This document shows positions 1-10,261 of a DNA stretch of 37,259 bases, piece after piece. The stretch comes from an uncultured Bacilli bacterium (GTDB lineage Bacteria; Bacillota_I; Bacilli_A; RF39; UBA660): contig CAKPJE010000001.1 in NCBI GenBank assembly GCA_934162555.1, positions 1-37,259 of the forward strand. Reading direction: 5' to 3'. The notes under the pieces are model-generated. The model worked only from the letters and a program-made list of their open reading frames with translations, was not told the DNA's origin and made no database searches. The stretch's first letter is position 1. Every line of letters starts with the position of its first letter. The translations under genes were made by a program, and so were the position numbers.

Positions 1-1076
1 ATATAGATCTCCATTAATTCTAAAGAAACACATAATTTTTCTTCTAAAGTATTAGAATTACTAAGTAAATACTCACCAGTTATTAATTCGTTTGTTAAAG
101 AAAAAAGTTCATTAGCCGTGCTAGCAAAACTATCTCTATTATTTTTTAATTTTATATCATGATCAACCATATGACCAAGTTCATGAGAAAGAGTCAAAAC
201 AGATTCAATATCTTCATTATAATTAATACTAACAAAAGCATTATGTTTTTTAATAGGAAAAGTAACATTTGCATTTGATTTATTTTTTCTTAATTTATAA
301 TCAATACGATTACTATTAAAAGCATCCTTTACTAAATTTAAATATTCATCACCAAATATTTTATAAGATTTTAAATTTCTTTCCTTCGCACTTTCATAAC
401 TAATTTTTGGAAACATTAAATCTTCGTTTTCAAGTAATATGTCACAATAATTTAAGTTTAAATGACTATTTTGTCCCAATATTTTAAAAAGTCTTCTTAA
501 ATCACTTTTTTCAATTTCTAAATGATTTGAAAAAACAATATCCTCATAAGAATCATCATCTAAAAAACTTGCAAAATAATTATTTATAATTTCCAAAAAT
601 GAATGTTTAAATTTTTCAGGTTCTAAATTAAGTGAAGTAACATCATTATTAAGTGCATTAAAAGTATTAATATGTCTTATAGTTTCACACTCTAAACTTC
701 CAACATAATTATCAAAAATTTTCTTATACTCATCTTCTACATTATAAAGTTCAAGTAAATTATCATCATTTATCTTTTCAAAAGCAGAATTAAAAAAACT
801 AGCTAAAGAAGTACTGATTTTTTTAAGTCTTCCTCTATATTCAGTTAAATTAGGATTTTCATAATTTTCTATTTCTAATAAATCAAAATACGCCAAAAAT
901 TCATATTCTAATTCACTATAAGTTTTATATAACTTTAAAAATTTAATAACATCAGATTTACTTTTTAAATCAGACTTATCATAAATTAAAATCTTTTCAC
1001 TTATTTTTTTAAGCCTTTCAATACTATTTAAACAATCCCTTTTATCTTTAAAAAATTCTTCTAAATTCCAAGCCAT
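1..1076 (-). CDS. pepF: M3-family oligoendopeptidase F-like metallopeptidase (N-terminal ~358 aa; the gene runs off the left edge)
   Basis: Absent from the ORF track because it is open at position 1. Minus-strand ATG at 1076 follows a GGAG (complement of 1084-1087). My translation begins MAWNLEEFFKDKRDCLNSIERLKK and reaches the zinc motif LTLSHELGHMVDHD (HExxH) near the edge, as in PepF/M3B peptidases. Confidence 0.75.
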   Translation of the reverse strand, partial: MAWNLEEFFKDKRDCLNSIERLKKISEKILIYDKSDLKSKSDVIKFLKLYKTYSELEYEFLAYFDLLEIENYENPNLTEYRGRLKKISTSLASFFNSAFEKINDDNLLELYNVEDEYKKIFDNYVGSLECETIRHINTFNALNNDVTSLNLEPEKFKHSFLEIINNYFASFLDDDSYEDIVFSNHLEIEKSDLRRLFKILGQNSHLNLNYCDILLENEDLMFPKISYESAKERNLKSYKIFGDEYLNLVKDAFNSNRIDYKLRKNKSNANVTFPIKKHNAFVSINYNEDIESVLTLSHELGHMVDHDIKLKNNRDSFASTANELFSLTNELITGEYLLSNSNTLEEKLCVSLELMEIY

Positions 1077-1166
1077 ACAAATACTCCATATGACCTTATT
1101 TTATCATTTATAAAGATTTATGACAATATAATTTTTTATTTTCATAAAATTTATTGGTGATACAAA

Positions 1167-2453
1167 ATGAGTAAATTTATTAAATCAACTCTTATATTAT
1201 TAATAGGCGGATTTATTACCAAAATAATTGGTATGTTTATTAGAATTATTATGTCAAGAAAACTAGGACCTGAGGGTATGGGAATATATAGTCTAATGAT
1301 GCCAACATTTAGTTTACTCATAGCTCTATCACAATTTGGTTTTCCCATTTCAATTAGTAAATTAATAAGTGAGAAAAAAAGAAACAATTTTAAATTAATG
1401 GTATCTGTAATTCCAATTAGTATTATAATAAATTCAGTCTTAATTATATTTATGTTTATTTTTTCTAAACCTATTTCTATTTATTTGTTACATGAAAAAA
1501 GATGTTTTTTAGGTCTAATATGTATGGGATTAACCCTTCCATTTATTAGTACTTCTAGTATATTAAGGGGCTATTTTTTTGGTAAAGAAAAAATGATTCC
1601 TCATGTTCTTTCAAATATTATTGAAGATATTAGTAGAATGCTACTTTTATTTTATGGAATACCTTATTTTTTAAGTCAAGGATTTGATAAATGTATGGCA
1701 TTTATGATTCTAACAAATGTTGTAAGTGAATCAATATCAATTATTGTTTTATTAATATTTTTACCTAAAAAAATAGATTTAAGCAATGTATCATTAAAAG
1801 CTGATAAACATAATATTAAAGATTTAGTTAGAATTGGATCATCAAGTACAAGTTCAAGAATAATTGGTAATATCGGCTATTTTTTAGAACCAATTATTTT
1901 AACATCGCTTCTTTTATATTCGGGTTACAATAAAGATTATATTATTACTGAATACGGTATTATTAATGGTTTTGTTATGCCAATTGTTTTATTGCCTTCA
2001 TTTTTTACAAGTGCAATTAGTCATGCTCTACTTCCAAATATTAGTTATGCATATTCTAATGGTATGATAAAGGTAGTAAAAAAGAAATTAAAGCAATCAA
2101 TTTTAATTTCTTTATTAGTTGGTATTCCTTCAACAATTATTTTTATGATTTTTCCAGAAAAATTACTTTTGTTTATTTATAATACTGATAAAGGAATTAA
2201 ATATATTAGGTTTCTTGCCCTTCCATTTATTTTACACTACATCCAAGCACCTATATCTGCTTCACTTCAAGCAATGGGTAAAATGAAAGATTTACTTATT
2301 GGTACAATTCTAGGAATTGTTATAAAATTACTTACTTTAAGTATATTTTCATTAGTTCATATAAATTTATATGGTTTATTAATTAGTATAATATCATCTA
2401 TAACTTTTACAACTTTATATGATTATCATAATTTAAAAAAATATATAAAATAA
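1167..2453 (+). CDS. spoVB: SpoVB/MurJ-type (MOP superfamily) flippase, stage V sporulation protein B-like
   Basis: GGTGA lies 7 nt upstream of the ATG. The polytopic N-terminus MSKFIKSTLILLIGGFITKIIGMFIRIIMSRKLGPEGMGIYSLMMPTF...LSQFGFPISISKLISE closely parallels the SpoVB N-terminus. At 428 aa it is shorter than B. subtilis SpoVB. Confidence 0.7.
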   Translation: MSKFIKSTLILLIGGFITKIIGMFIRIIMSRKLGPEGMGIYSLMMPTFSLLIALSQFGFPISISKLISEKKRNNFKLMVSVIPISIIINSVLIIFMFIFSKPISIYLLHEKRCFLGLICMGLTLPFISTSSILRGYFFGKEKMIPHVLSNIIEDISRMLLLFYGIPYFLSQGFDKCMAFMILTNVVSESISIIVLLIFLPKKIDLSNVSLKADKHNIKDLVRIGSSSTSSRIIGNIGYFLEPIILTSLLLYSGYNKDYIITEYGIINGFVMPIVLLPSFFTSAISHALLPNISYAYSNGMIKVVKKKLKQSILISLLVGIPSTIIFMIFPEKLLLFIYNTDKGIKYIRFLALPFILHYIQAPISASLQAMGKMKDLLIGTILGIVIKLLTLSIFSLVHINLYGLLISIISSITFTTLYDYHNLKKYIK

Positions 2454-2460
2454 AGGTACA

Positions 2461-4053
2461 TTAAATTTGTGTACCTTTTATAATATTACTGTTACTTGAT
2501 TTGGTTGCAATCATATTATCTACAATACTAGAAGTACTAGAAGTATAATTAACTGTAACTTTAGCTCCATCCACTGTAGAGCAACCACTAAACATACTTG
2601 TATAACTAGAAATACTTGCATTTTTTATTGTTATTTCAGTTAAAAGATTAGAACAGTTATAAAACATACCGGTCATATTAGTAGCGCTACTAGTATCAAA
2701 TATTCCTAAATTTAAGTTTTTTAATTTTGTACAACCATTAAAGGTAGAATACATATTAGTTACTTTAGATGTATCAAAACTACTTAAGTCTAAATTTACT
2801 AAAGATGAACAGTTTAGAAACATAAAACGCATATAGGTTAAACTCGAAGTATTGAATTTTTTTAAATTTAAATCTACTAAAGATGCACAACCAGAGAATG
2901 TCCCAAACATTAGTGTTACTTTCGATGTATTAAAGCTACTTAAGTCTAATTTTTTTAAAGATGTACAGTCTGCGAATAAGTGGGTCATATCTGTTATTTT
3001 AGATGTATTAAAATTAGTTATATCAAGACTTTCAATAGCATTTAAATTCATAAACATTTCTTTCATATTTTCTACGTTTAATGTATTAAAACTACTTAAA
3101 TTTAAATTGGTTAAAGATGTACAACCATAAAACATTTGAGCCATTGTTGTAACGTTTTGCGTACTAAAATTACTTAAATCTAAATTTGTTAAAGATGTAC
3201 AATTAGTAAACATATTTTCCATATTGTATACTTTAGTGGTATTAAAGTTATTATTAAAATCAATCGTTTTTAAATTAGTAAAATCTCTAAATATACCGTA
3301 ACAATTATCGGGAGCATATATTTCATAACTACTTGCTATATATAAATTATATAAAGTTTTGCCATTACTATCTTTTAATCCACTGTCCACTAAATAAGAG
3401 TATACTTTTTTAGTTCCATTTCCAGTTATATCGAAACATAAATTAGTTTCATCACATGTACTTGGTACATTACTTAAATCATTTACAAATTTAATACTTC
3501 TTATGTATGGTTTATAAGTATCACTCCAAAATTCAGTTCCACTATTTCCATTTTTCATATAGGCAGCATTAGTAGTTCTACTTTTAATTATAATTTTAGC
3601 ATTTATTTCTTTATTGATAAAATTGTTATCTTCATTATCACTTATTTTACCATCCCAATACCAATATATAGTAACTGTATCACTTTTTGTATCGGTTGAA
3701 TTAAAGTATTTAGTATAGGTAGAAAATGGACTTATGTTATCATCTTGAGATAAAAATTTAAATCCTTTAGGTAAATTGGTTCTTTCAATACTTATACTAT
3801 AAATTGCATCACTTTCTGTATTGTCTAAATTAACTGTTAGATTAAAGTTTCCTTTATCGTATGGTTTTAAACTATCACCTAAATTTATTTCTTTAGTACT
3901 AGTAGAACCACTGCTAACGTTAAATGTATAATTAGCAGATGTAGCAACTATACTTCCATCTACTGCATATCTATAATAAGCAACTGTGCCTGTTGTAAAA
4001 AAGAGTAATCCTAGTGTAAGACTTAAAACAATTAAAAACTTTCTTATTCTCAT
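2461..4053 (-). CDS. Secreted BspA/DUF285-type leucine-rich-repeat protein with SipW-type signal peptide and TasA/camelysin-like N-terminal module (paralog 1, subfamily A)
   Basis: 530-aa ORF. The N-terminus ...LLFFTTGTVAYYRY resembles TasA/CalY-class signal peptides. It is followed by a beta-rich module (LKPYDKGNFNLTV...TNLPKGFKF...TIYWYWDG), then 8 x 25-aa repeats of type LTNLDLSxFNTSxVTxMxxMFxxCxS. There is no LPXTG, SLH or other anchor. Confidence 0.85.
   Translation of the reverse strand: MRIRKFLIVLSLTLGLLFFTTGTVAYYRYAVDGSIVATSANYTFNVSSGSTSTKEINLGDSLKPYDKGNFNLTVNLDNTESDAIYSISIERTNLPKGFKFLSQDDNISPFSTYTKYFNSTDTKSDTVTIYWYWDGKISDNEDNNFINKEINAKIIIKSRTTNAAYMKNGNSGTEFWSDTYKPYIRSIKFVNDLSNVPSTCDETNLCFDITGNGTKKVYSYLVDSGLKDSNGKTLYNLYIASSYEIYAPDNCYGIFRDFTNLKTIDFNNNFNTTKVYNMENMFTNCTSLTNLDLSNFSTQNVTTMAQMFYGCTSLTNLNLSSFNTLNVENMKEMFMNLNAIESLDITNFNTSKITDMTHLFADCTSLKKLDLSSFNTSKVTLMFGTFSGCASLVDLNLKKFNTSSLTYMRFMFLNCSSLVNLDLSSFDTSKVTNMYSTFNGCTKLKNLNLGIFDTSSATNMTGMFYNCSNLLTEITIKNASISSYTSMFSGCSTVDGAKVTVNYTSSTSSIVDNMIATKSSNSNIIKGTQI
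2645..3264 (-). repeat. 75-bp-period coding repeat array (8 LRR units) inside paralog 1 (approximate bounds)
   Basis: Repeated ttaaa(a/g)ctacttaa(g/a)tctaaa... / acaaccat(a/t)aaacat blocks every 75 nt, translating to the 25-aa LRR unit. Confidence 0.7.
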
Positions 4054-4139
4054 ATCTATTCCTTTACTTTCATTATAATGATACCATAAATGGTCTTAAA
4101 AAACAATATAGTTTTATCAAAAAAGATAGTTAAACTACC

Positions 4140-5768
4140 TTATGATATTAAACTACCTTTTACAACATTACTATTAGATGATTTTGTTGCAATCATACTA
4201 TCCACTAAAGAACTTGTAGCTGATGTATAATTAACTGTTATTTTGACTCCTGAAGCAGTTGCAGCACCTTGAAACATATACATATAATAAGTAGTATTAG
4301 CACTCATTATATTGATTGTTGTTGTAAGTTTCGAACAAGAATAAAACATCCAACCCATATATGTTACATTTGATGTATTAAAACTACTCAAATCTAGCCT
4401 TGTTAAAGATGAACAGTTTCGAAACATACCATCCATACCTGTTACATTCGAGGTATTAAAACTACTTAAATCAAGGGTTGTCAAGGATGAACAATTAGTA
4501 AACATACCACCCATTTCTGTTACCTTTGAAGTGTTAAAATTACTTAAGTCTAAACTTGTTAAAGATGTACAACCAGCAAACGCACCACCCATTTCTGTTA
4601 CATTTGAAGTGTTAAAATTACTTAAGTCTAAACTTGTTAAAGATGTACAACCATAAAACATATTAACCACCTCTGTTACTTTTGATGTGTTAAAATTACT
4701 TAAATCTAAACTTGTTAATGATGAACATTCATAAAACATATAATTCATACTTGTTACTTTTGAGGTATTAAAAACATTGGAGTCCAAACTTGTTAAGGAT
4801 GAACACTTAAAAAACATGCTACTCATATCTATTATTTTTGAAGTATTAAAGCCACTTAAATCTAAACTTGTTAAGAATGAACAGCCAGCAAACATATTTT
4901 TCATATTAGTTACATTTGAAGTATTAAAGTTATCATTAAAATTAATTTGAATTAAATTTGAAAGATATTTGTTATTTTCATATTTAGAAAAATAAAATAT
5001 GCTACCACAATTAGCTGGCGCAATTATTTCAACTTCACTAGCAATATACAAATTATATAAAACCTTTGTATTATCTGTACTATCTTTTAAACCACTATCC
5101 ACTAAATAAGCATACACTTTCTTAGTTCCACTTTCAGTTACATCCCAACATAAATTAGCTTCATCACAAGTACTCGGTACATTACTTATATTTTTAACAA
5201 AACTAACAGTTCTTATATAAGTTCTATAAGTATCACTCCAAAATTCACTTTTAGCACTATACCCATTCTTCATATAGGCCCCATTCATTTGTTTACTATC
5301 TATAACAATATCAGCACTCAAACTCTTCCCAACAAAACTAGTATCATTCTCATCATCAACATTACCATCCCAATACCAATATACAGTTACTGTATCGCTC
5401 TTAGTATCAGTTGATTTAAAAGTTTTACTATAAGTAGAAAAAGGACTTATATTATCATCCTGAGCAAGAAATTTAAAACCCTTAGGTAAATTAGTTCTCT
5501 CAATCTTAACAGAAAAATATGCATCACTATCAGTATTATTTAAATTAACCGTTAAATTAAAACTCCCCTTATCAAAAGGTTTTAAATTAGAACCCAAATT
5601 TATCTCTTTGGTAGTAGTAGAACCACTACTAACATTAAAAGTATAATTACCTACACTAGCTTTTATTAATCCACTAACCCCATACCTATAATAAGCAACC
5701 GTACCAGTAGTTATAACAGAAACAAAAAATACAATCGCCGAAAATATTAATATTTTTTTCTTATTCAT
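4140..5768 (-). CDS. Secreted BspA/DUF285-type LRR protein with SipW-type signal and TasA-like N-module (paralog 2, subfamily A)
   Basis: 542 aa, MNKKKILIFSAIVFFVSVITTGTVAYYRY..., with 8 LRR units. The N-terminal ~240 codons are nearly identical at DNA level to paralog 3. It has its own small hairpin plus T-run and a TATAAT-like box in the 87-bp spacer upstream. Confidence 0.85.
   Translation of the reverse strand: MNKKKILIFSAIVFFVSVITTGTVAYYRYGVSGLIKASVGNYTFNVSSGSTTTKEINLGSNLKPFDKGSFNLTVNLNNTDSDAYFSVKIERTNLPKGFKFLAQDDNISPFSTYSKTFKSTDTKSDTVTVYWYWDGNVDDENDTSFVGKSLSADIVIDSKQMNGAYMKNGYSAKSEFWSDTYRTYIRTVSFVKNISNVPSTCDEANLCWDVTESGTKKVYAYLVDSGLKDSTDNTKVLYNLYIASEVEIIAPANCGSIFYFSKYENNKYLSNLIQINFNDNFNTSNVTNMKNMFAGCSFLTSLDLSGFNTSKIIDMSSMFFKCSSLTSLDSNVFNTSKVTSMNYMFYECSSLTSLDLSNFNTSKVTEVVNMFYGCTSLTSLDLSNFNTSNVTEMGGAFAGCTSLTSLDLSNFNTSKVTEMGGMFTNCSSLTTLDLSSFNTSNVTGMDGMFRNCSSLTRLDLSSFNTSNVTYMGWMFYSCSKLTTTINIMSANTTYYMYMFQGAATASGVKITVNYTSATSSLVDSMIATKSSNSNVVKGSLIS
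4329..4946 (-). repeat. 75-bp-period coding repeat array (8 LRR units) inside paralog 2 (approximate bounds)
   Basis: Units translate to LTSLDLSNFNTSKVTEMGGMFxxCSS. Neighbouring units are near-identical in places (e.g. 4540-4690). Confidence 0.7.
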
Positions 5769-5855
5769 ACGTATCTTCCTTTACTATCATAATAATGATA
5801 TCATAAATGACCTTAAAAAACAATACGGTTTAGCAAAAAAGATAGTTAAACTACC

Positions 5856-7538
5856 TTATGATATTAAACTACCTTTTACAACATTACTACTAGATGATTT
5901 GGTTGCAATCATACTATCAACTAAAGAACTTGTAGCTGATGTATAATTAACAGTTATTTTTGCTCCCGAATCAGTTGCAGCATTAAAAAACATATATGAA
6001 TAACTAGTTGTGCCAGTATTTATTATACCGATTGTTGCAGTAAGTTTAAAACATTTACAAAACATGGATTGCATATTTGTTGCTTGTGATGTGTTAAAGC
6101 TACTCAAATCCAAACTGGTTAATGACGAACAGCCATAAAACATATAACCCATGTCTGATACCTTTATTGTATTAAATGTACCTAATTTTAAAATTGCCAA
6201 GGAGGAACAATTCTGAAACATAGCATGTATATCAGTTACACTGGCAGTATTGAAACTACTTAAATCTAAACTTGTTAAAGACGAACATTTATTAAACATA
6301 TAAGCCATATTCGTCACATTTAATGTGTTAAAATTGTTCAATTCTAAATTTGTCAATGATGAACATTTTTGAAACATACCAGTCATATCTGTTACATTTA
6401 ATGTATTAAAACCATTTAAATCTAAACTGGTTAAAATATTGCATGTAACAAACATACCTTGCATATTTGTCACGTTTGATGTATTAAAACCACCTAAATC
6501 TAAACTTGTTAAAGATGAGCATTCAGCAAACATCATGTTCATATCAGTCACATTTAAAGTATTAAAATTACTTAAATCCAAGCTTATCAAAGATGAGCAA
6601 GTACAAAACATATATGCAGAATTTGTTACATTAGATGTATTGAAGTTACTTAAATCTAAACTTGTTAATGATAAGCATTCATAAAACATCCCTCTCATAT
6701 TCGTGGTATTAAATGTATAAAACATATTATTGAAATTAATTTTTATTAAATTAGTAAAATTTCGGAACATAAACTCACAAATAATTGGCGCAAATATTTC
6801 AACCTCACTAGCAATATATAAATTATATAAAGCCTTTGTATTATCTGTACTATCTTTTAAACCACTATCCACTAAATAAGCATACACTTTCTTAGTTTCA
6901 CTTTCAGTTACATCCCAGCACAAATTAGTTTCATCACAAGTACTCGGTACATTACTTATATTTTTAACAAAACTAACAGTTCTTATATAAGTTCTATAAG
7001 TATCACTCCAAAATTCACTTTTAGCACTATACCCATTCTTCATATAGGCCCCATTCATTTGTTTACTATCTATAACAATATCAGCACTCAAACTCTTCCC
7101 AACAAAACTAGTATCATTCTCATCATCAACATTACCATCCCAATACCAATATACAGTTACTGTATCGCTCTTAGTATCAGTTGATTTAAAAGTTTTACTA
7201 TAAGTAGAAAAAGGACTTATATTATCATCCTGAGCAAGAAATTTAAAACCCTTAGGTAAATTAGTTCTCTCAATCTTAACAGAAAAATATGCATCACTAT
7301 CAGTATTATTTAAATTAACCGTTAAATTAAAACTCCCCTTATCAAAAGGTTTTAAATTAGAACCCAAATTTATCTCTTTGGTAGTAGTAGAACCACTACT
7401 AACATTAAAAGTATAATTACCTACACTAGCTTTTATTAATCCACTAACCCCATACCTATAATAAGCAACCGTACCAGTAGTTATAACAGAAACAAAAAAT
7501 ACAATCGCCGAAAATATTAATATTTTTTTATTATTCAT
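5856..7538 (-). CDS. Secreted BspA/DUF285-type LRR protein with SipW-type signal and TasA-like N-module (paralog 3, subfamily A)
   Basis: 560 aa with 9 LRR units. The N-terminal and C-terminal ends match paralog 2, while the central repeats differ. Confidence 0.85.
   Translation of the reverse strand: MNNKKILIFSAIVFFVSVITTGTVAYYRYGVSGLIKASVGNYTFNVSSGSTTTKEINLGSNLKPFDKGSFNLTVNLNNTDSDAYFSVKIERTNLPKGFKFLAQDDNISPFSTYSKTFKSTDTKSDTVTVYWYWDGNVDDENDTSFVGKSLSADIVIDSKQMNGAYMKNGYSAKSEFWSDTYRTYIRTVSFVKNISNVPSTCDETNLCWDVTESETKKVYAYLVDSGLKDSTDNTKALYNLYIASEVEIFAPIICEFMFRNFTNLIKINFNNMFYTFNTTNMRGMFYECLSLTSLDLSNFNTSNVTNSAYMFCTCSSLISLDLSNFNTLNVTDMNMMFAECSSLTSLDLGGFNTSNVTNMQGMFVTCNILTSLDLNGFNTLNVTDMTGMFQKCSSLTNLELNNFNTLNVTNMAYMFNKCSSLTSLDLSSFNTASVTDIHAMFQNCSSLAILKLGTFNTIKVSDMGYMFYGCSSLTSLDLSSFNTSQATNMQSMFCKCFKLTATIGIINTGTTSYSYMFFNAATDSGAKITVNYTSATSSLVDSMIATKSSSSNVVKGSLIS
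6045..6740 (-). repeat. 75-bp-period coding repeat array (9 LRR units) inside paralog 3 (approximate bounds)
   Basis: Same 25-aa unit, but the variable positions differ from paralog 2. Confidence 0.7.
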
Positions 7539-7623
7539 ACGTATCTTCCTTTACTTTCTATTCAATGATACCATATTTTCATCTTTTATTCAATCGCAAT
7601 TACAAAAAATAGGATAATAAAAA

Positions 7624-10014
7624 TTATCCTACTACAATATTAACTAATTTTTTAGGTATAACTATTACCTTAATAATTTCCTTACCCTGAATATTAGCAT
7701 TTACATTTGGTATACCTAAAGCAATATCAACCATTTCTTCCCCAGAAGTATTAGAAGAAATCTCAATCTTACCCCTTACCTTACCATTTACCTGAACAAC
7801 CATCTCATAACTATCATCCTTTATCTTACTCTCATCATAAGTTGGCCATTTTTCATAAGCAATAGTATTACTCTCTCCTAACATACTCCATAATTCTTCA
7901 GTAACATGAGGAATAATAGGATTTATTAATTTCAAGAAATTCTTAGCATACTCTAAAGGAAATACATTTTCTTTATATACAGCATTTATAAATATCATCA
8001 TCTGGGAAATAGCAGTATTTATATTTAAACTCTCATAATCCTCTGTTACCTTCTTAACAGTTTGATTATATACCTTATCTAAATTAGTATTTTTTTCATC
8101 TTTTATTTTATTTTCAGTTGTATATAACCTATAAATTCTTTCAATAAACTTTCTAGATGCCTCAATTCCCTTAGCATCCCATGGTTTAGAAGCCTCAATC
8201 GGTCCCATAAACATCTCATATAACCTTAAACTATCAGCACCATATATTCTAACCATATCATCTGGATTTACAACATTACCCCTTGATTTAGACATTTTTT
8301 CATTATTCTCACCCAAAATCATACCTTGATGTATTAGTCTTTTAAAAGGTTCATCATTAGTTATATAACCCTCATTATATAGAAAACGATTCCAAAACCT
8401 TGAATATAATAAATGACCAACAGCATGTTCAGCACCACCCATATATAAATCAACTGGCATCCAGTGATCAGCTAAAGTTTTATCAACAAATTCTTTATCA
8501 TTATCAGGATCAATATATCTTAAATAATACCAACTAGATCCAGCAGATCCGGGCATTGTACAAGTTTCTCTTACACCTTTAACACCATCTATTACAACAT
8601 TTTTCCAATCCTCAGCGTTATCAAGTGGTGGATTACCATTTTTACCCTTATAATCATCCATAACAGGTAAAACTAAAGGAAGTTCACTATCATCCAAAAC
8701 ATATTCTTTACCATTTTCTAAATGAACTATCGGTACAGGTTCACCCCAATATCTTTGGCGCGCAAATATCCAGTCCCTTAAACGATAATTTATTTTTTTA
8801 GTTCCAATATTATTTTCTTCAATAAATTCAAACATTTTATTTAAAGCATCTTCTTTATTTAAACCATTTAGAAATTCAGAATTAATATGTAAACCATCTC
8901 CAGTAAAAGCCTCTTCTAAAACATTTCCACCCTCTAAAACTGGTATTATTTCTAGATTAAATTTTTTGGCAAATGCATAGTCTCTTTCATCATGAGCTGG
9001 TACTGCCATAATTGCGCCTGTTCCGTATGATACTAATACATAATCACTAATCCATATTGGTAATTCTTTACCATTTACTGGATTTATTGCATAAGCACCT
9101 GTAAATACTCCTGTTTTATCTTTATTTAAATCTGTTCTTTCTAATTCAGACTTTAATGAGCACATATTTTTATAATTTGTTACTTCTTCTTTTTTATCTT
9201 CTGTTACTATTTTATCAATTAATTCATGTTCTGGTGATAATACACAATATGTTGCACCAAATAAAGTATCACACCTTGTTGTAAATACTGTAAAATCATA
9301 ATCAGTATCTTTTACTTTAAATTTTATTTCAGCTCCAACAGATTTACCAATCCAGTTTCTTTGCATTTCTTTAGTTGATTCTGGCCAGTTTAATTCATTT
9401 AAACCATCTAATAGTATTTCTGCATATTTTGGCATTTTCATTACCCATTGTCTCATATTTTTACGAACAACTGGATAACCACCTCTTTCAGATTTACCAT
9501 CAATTATTTCATCATTAGCAAGTACTGTACCTAATTCTTCACACCAATTTACTGGCATATATGTACATTCTGCTAAACCCTTTAAATACATTTGTTTAAA
9601 TATCCATTGCGTCCATTTATAAAATGATGGATCACTTGTTGATATAGCACGATCCCAATCATATGAAAAACCTAGTTCTTTCATTTGTCTTGTAAAGTTT
9701 GCTATATTTTTTTCAGTAAATCCTCCTGGATGATTACCTGTTTTTATAGCATATTGTTCAGCTGGTAAGCCAAATGAATCAAACCCCATTGGATGAAGGA
9801 CATTAAACCCTTGCATTCTTTTCATACGCGCTACTATATCAGTTGCTGTATAGCCTTCTGGATGACCAACATGTAAACCTTCTCCAGATGGATATGGGAA
9901 CATATCTAAACAATAATATTTTGGTTTTGAAAAATCATAAATATCTGTTTTGAAAGTTTTGTTTTTGTCCCAATATTCTTGCCATTTTTTTTCAATTTTC
10001 TCATGATTATACAT
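7624..10014 (-). CDS. leuS: Leucyl-tRNA synthetase
   Basis: 796 aa. Class I HIGH motif ([16 protein letters not shown]) and KMSKS (EKMSKSRGN). N-terminus [21 protein letters not shown] is typical of LeuS. Preceded by GGAGG and a T-box leader. Confidence 0.97.
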   Translation of the reverse strand: MYNHEKIEKKWQEYWDKNKTFKTDIYDFSKPKYYCLDMFPYPSGEGLHVGHPEGYTATDIVARMKRMQGFNVLHPMGFDSFGLPAEQYAIKTGNHPGGFTEKNIANFTRQMKELGFSYDWDRAISTSDPSFYKWTQWIFKQMYLKGLAECTYMPVNWCEELGTVLANDEIIDGKSERGGYPVVRKNMRQWVMKMPKYAEILLDGLNELNWPESTKEMQRNWIGKSVGAEIKFKVKDTDYDFTVFTTRCDTLFGATYCVLSPEHELIDKIVTEDKKEEVTNYKNMCSLKSELERTDLNKDKTGVFTGAYAINPVNGKELPIWISDYVLVSYGTGAIMAVPAHDERDYAFAKKFNLEIIPVLEGGNVLEEAFTGDGLHINSEFLNGLNKEDALNKMFEFIEENNIGTKKINYRLRDWIFARQRYWGEPVPIVHLENGKEYVLDDSELPLVLPVMDDYKGKNGNPPLDNAEDWKNVVIDGVKGVRETCTMPGSAGSSWYYLRYIDPDNDKEFVDKTLADHWMPVDLYMGGAEHAVGHLLYSRFWNRFLYNEGYITNDEPFKRLIHQGMILGENNEKMSKSRGNVVNPDDMVRIYGADSLRLYEMFMGPIEASKPWDAKGIEASRKFIERIYRLYTTENKIKDEKNTNLDKVYNQTVKKVTEDYESLNINTAISQMMIFINAVYKENVFPLEYAKNFLKLINPIIPHVTEELWSMLGESNTIAYEKWPTYDESKIKDDSYEMVVQVNGKVRGKIEISSNTSGEEMVDIALGIPNVNANIQGKEIIKVIVIPKKLVNIVVG

Positions 10015-10226
10015 AATTTCCTCCTAAAAAAACACTATAAATATAAGGACGATCATTACCGCGGTACCACCTTATTTCATAATGTTATGCTTCTTTATAA
10101 TTTTTAACGCGATTAAGCGATTCAATCTAGAAAATAAGTTCATAAGTAATATTTATTAATTTCCATCAACCATTAACTTTCTATAAAATATTATTTTATT
10201 ACTACTTTTTCCGTCTTTTTGAATAT
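10015..10226 (-). promoter_or_regulatory. T-box riboswitch leader (Leu specifier) controlling leuS
   Basis: On the minus strand the conserved T-box sequence AAGGTGGTACCGCGG lies at ~10060-10073, followed by CGTCCTTATATTT...GTGTTTTTTT and the GGAGG RBS. An AGAAAG / GGTTGATGGAA stem-I-like region lies upstream. Two CUU (Leu) triplets, each followed by A, sit at 10146-10144 and 10138-10136 next to GA/GAA and are candidate specifiers. Confidence 0.85.
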
Positions 10227-10232
10227 ATACAT

Positions 10233-10261
10233 ATATTAGCATATTTTTTTTAGATAAGCAA
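10233..10261 (-). promoter_or_regulatory. Sigma-A-type promoter for the leuS T-box leader
   Basis: Minus strand reads TTGCTT, 17 nt, TAATAT. Confidence 0.6.

Noticed and set aside
2852-3130. Plus-strand ORFs inside the LRR genes (2852-3130, 6439-6684, 36298-36483) that translate to repetitive VLKLLKSKLVKD-like sequence
   Set aside because: They are the antisense reading of the 75-bp coding repeats. The periodic open frame is a by-product of the repeat, they lack RBSs, and the minus-strand frames are far longer and coherent.
5740-5768. A7 homopolymer in the signal-peptide codons of paralogs 2 and 3 (ATGAAT(A/G)A..AAAAAAATA) as a slipped-strand phase-variation switch
   Set aside because: A7 tracts are common in DNA this AT-rich. 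The tract length is the same in both copies, and nothing else suggests ON/OFF variants. This cannot be supported from a single sequence.
2645-7000. Regularly spaced repeats that could be mistaken for CRISPR arrays (the 75-bp periodicity in five loci, and the 23-bp tandem repeat at 23002-23088)
   Set aside because: The 75-bp repeats are in-frame coding LRR units with degenerate 'repeat' and 'spacer' parts. The 23-bp repeat is head-to-tail with no spacers. No cas genes are present.
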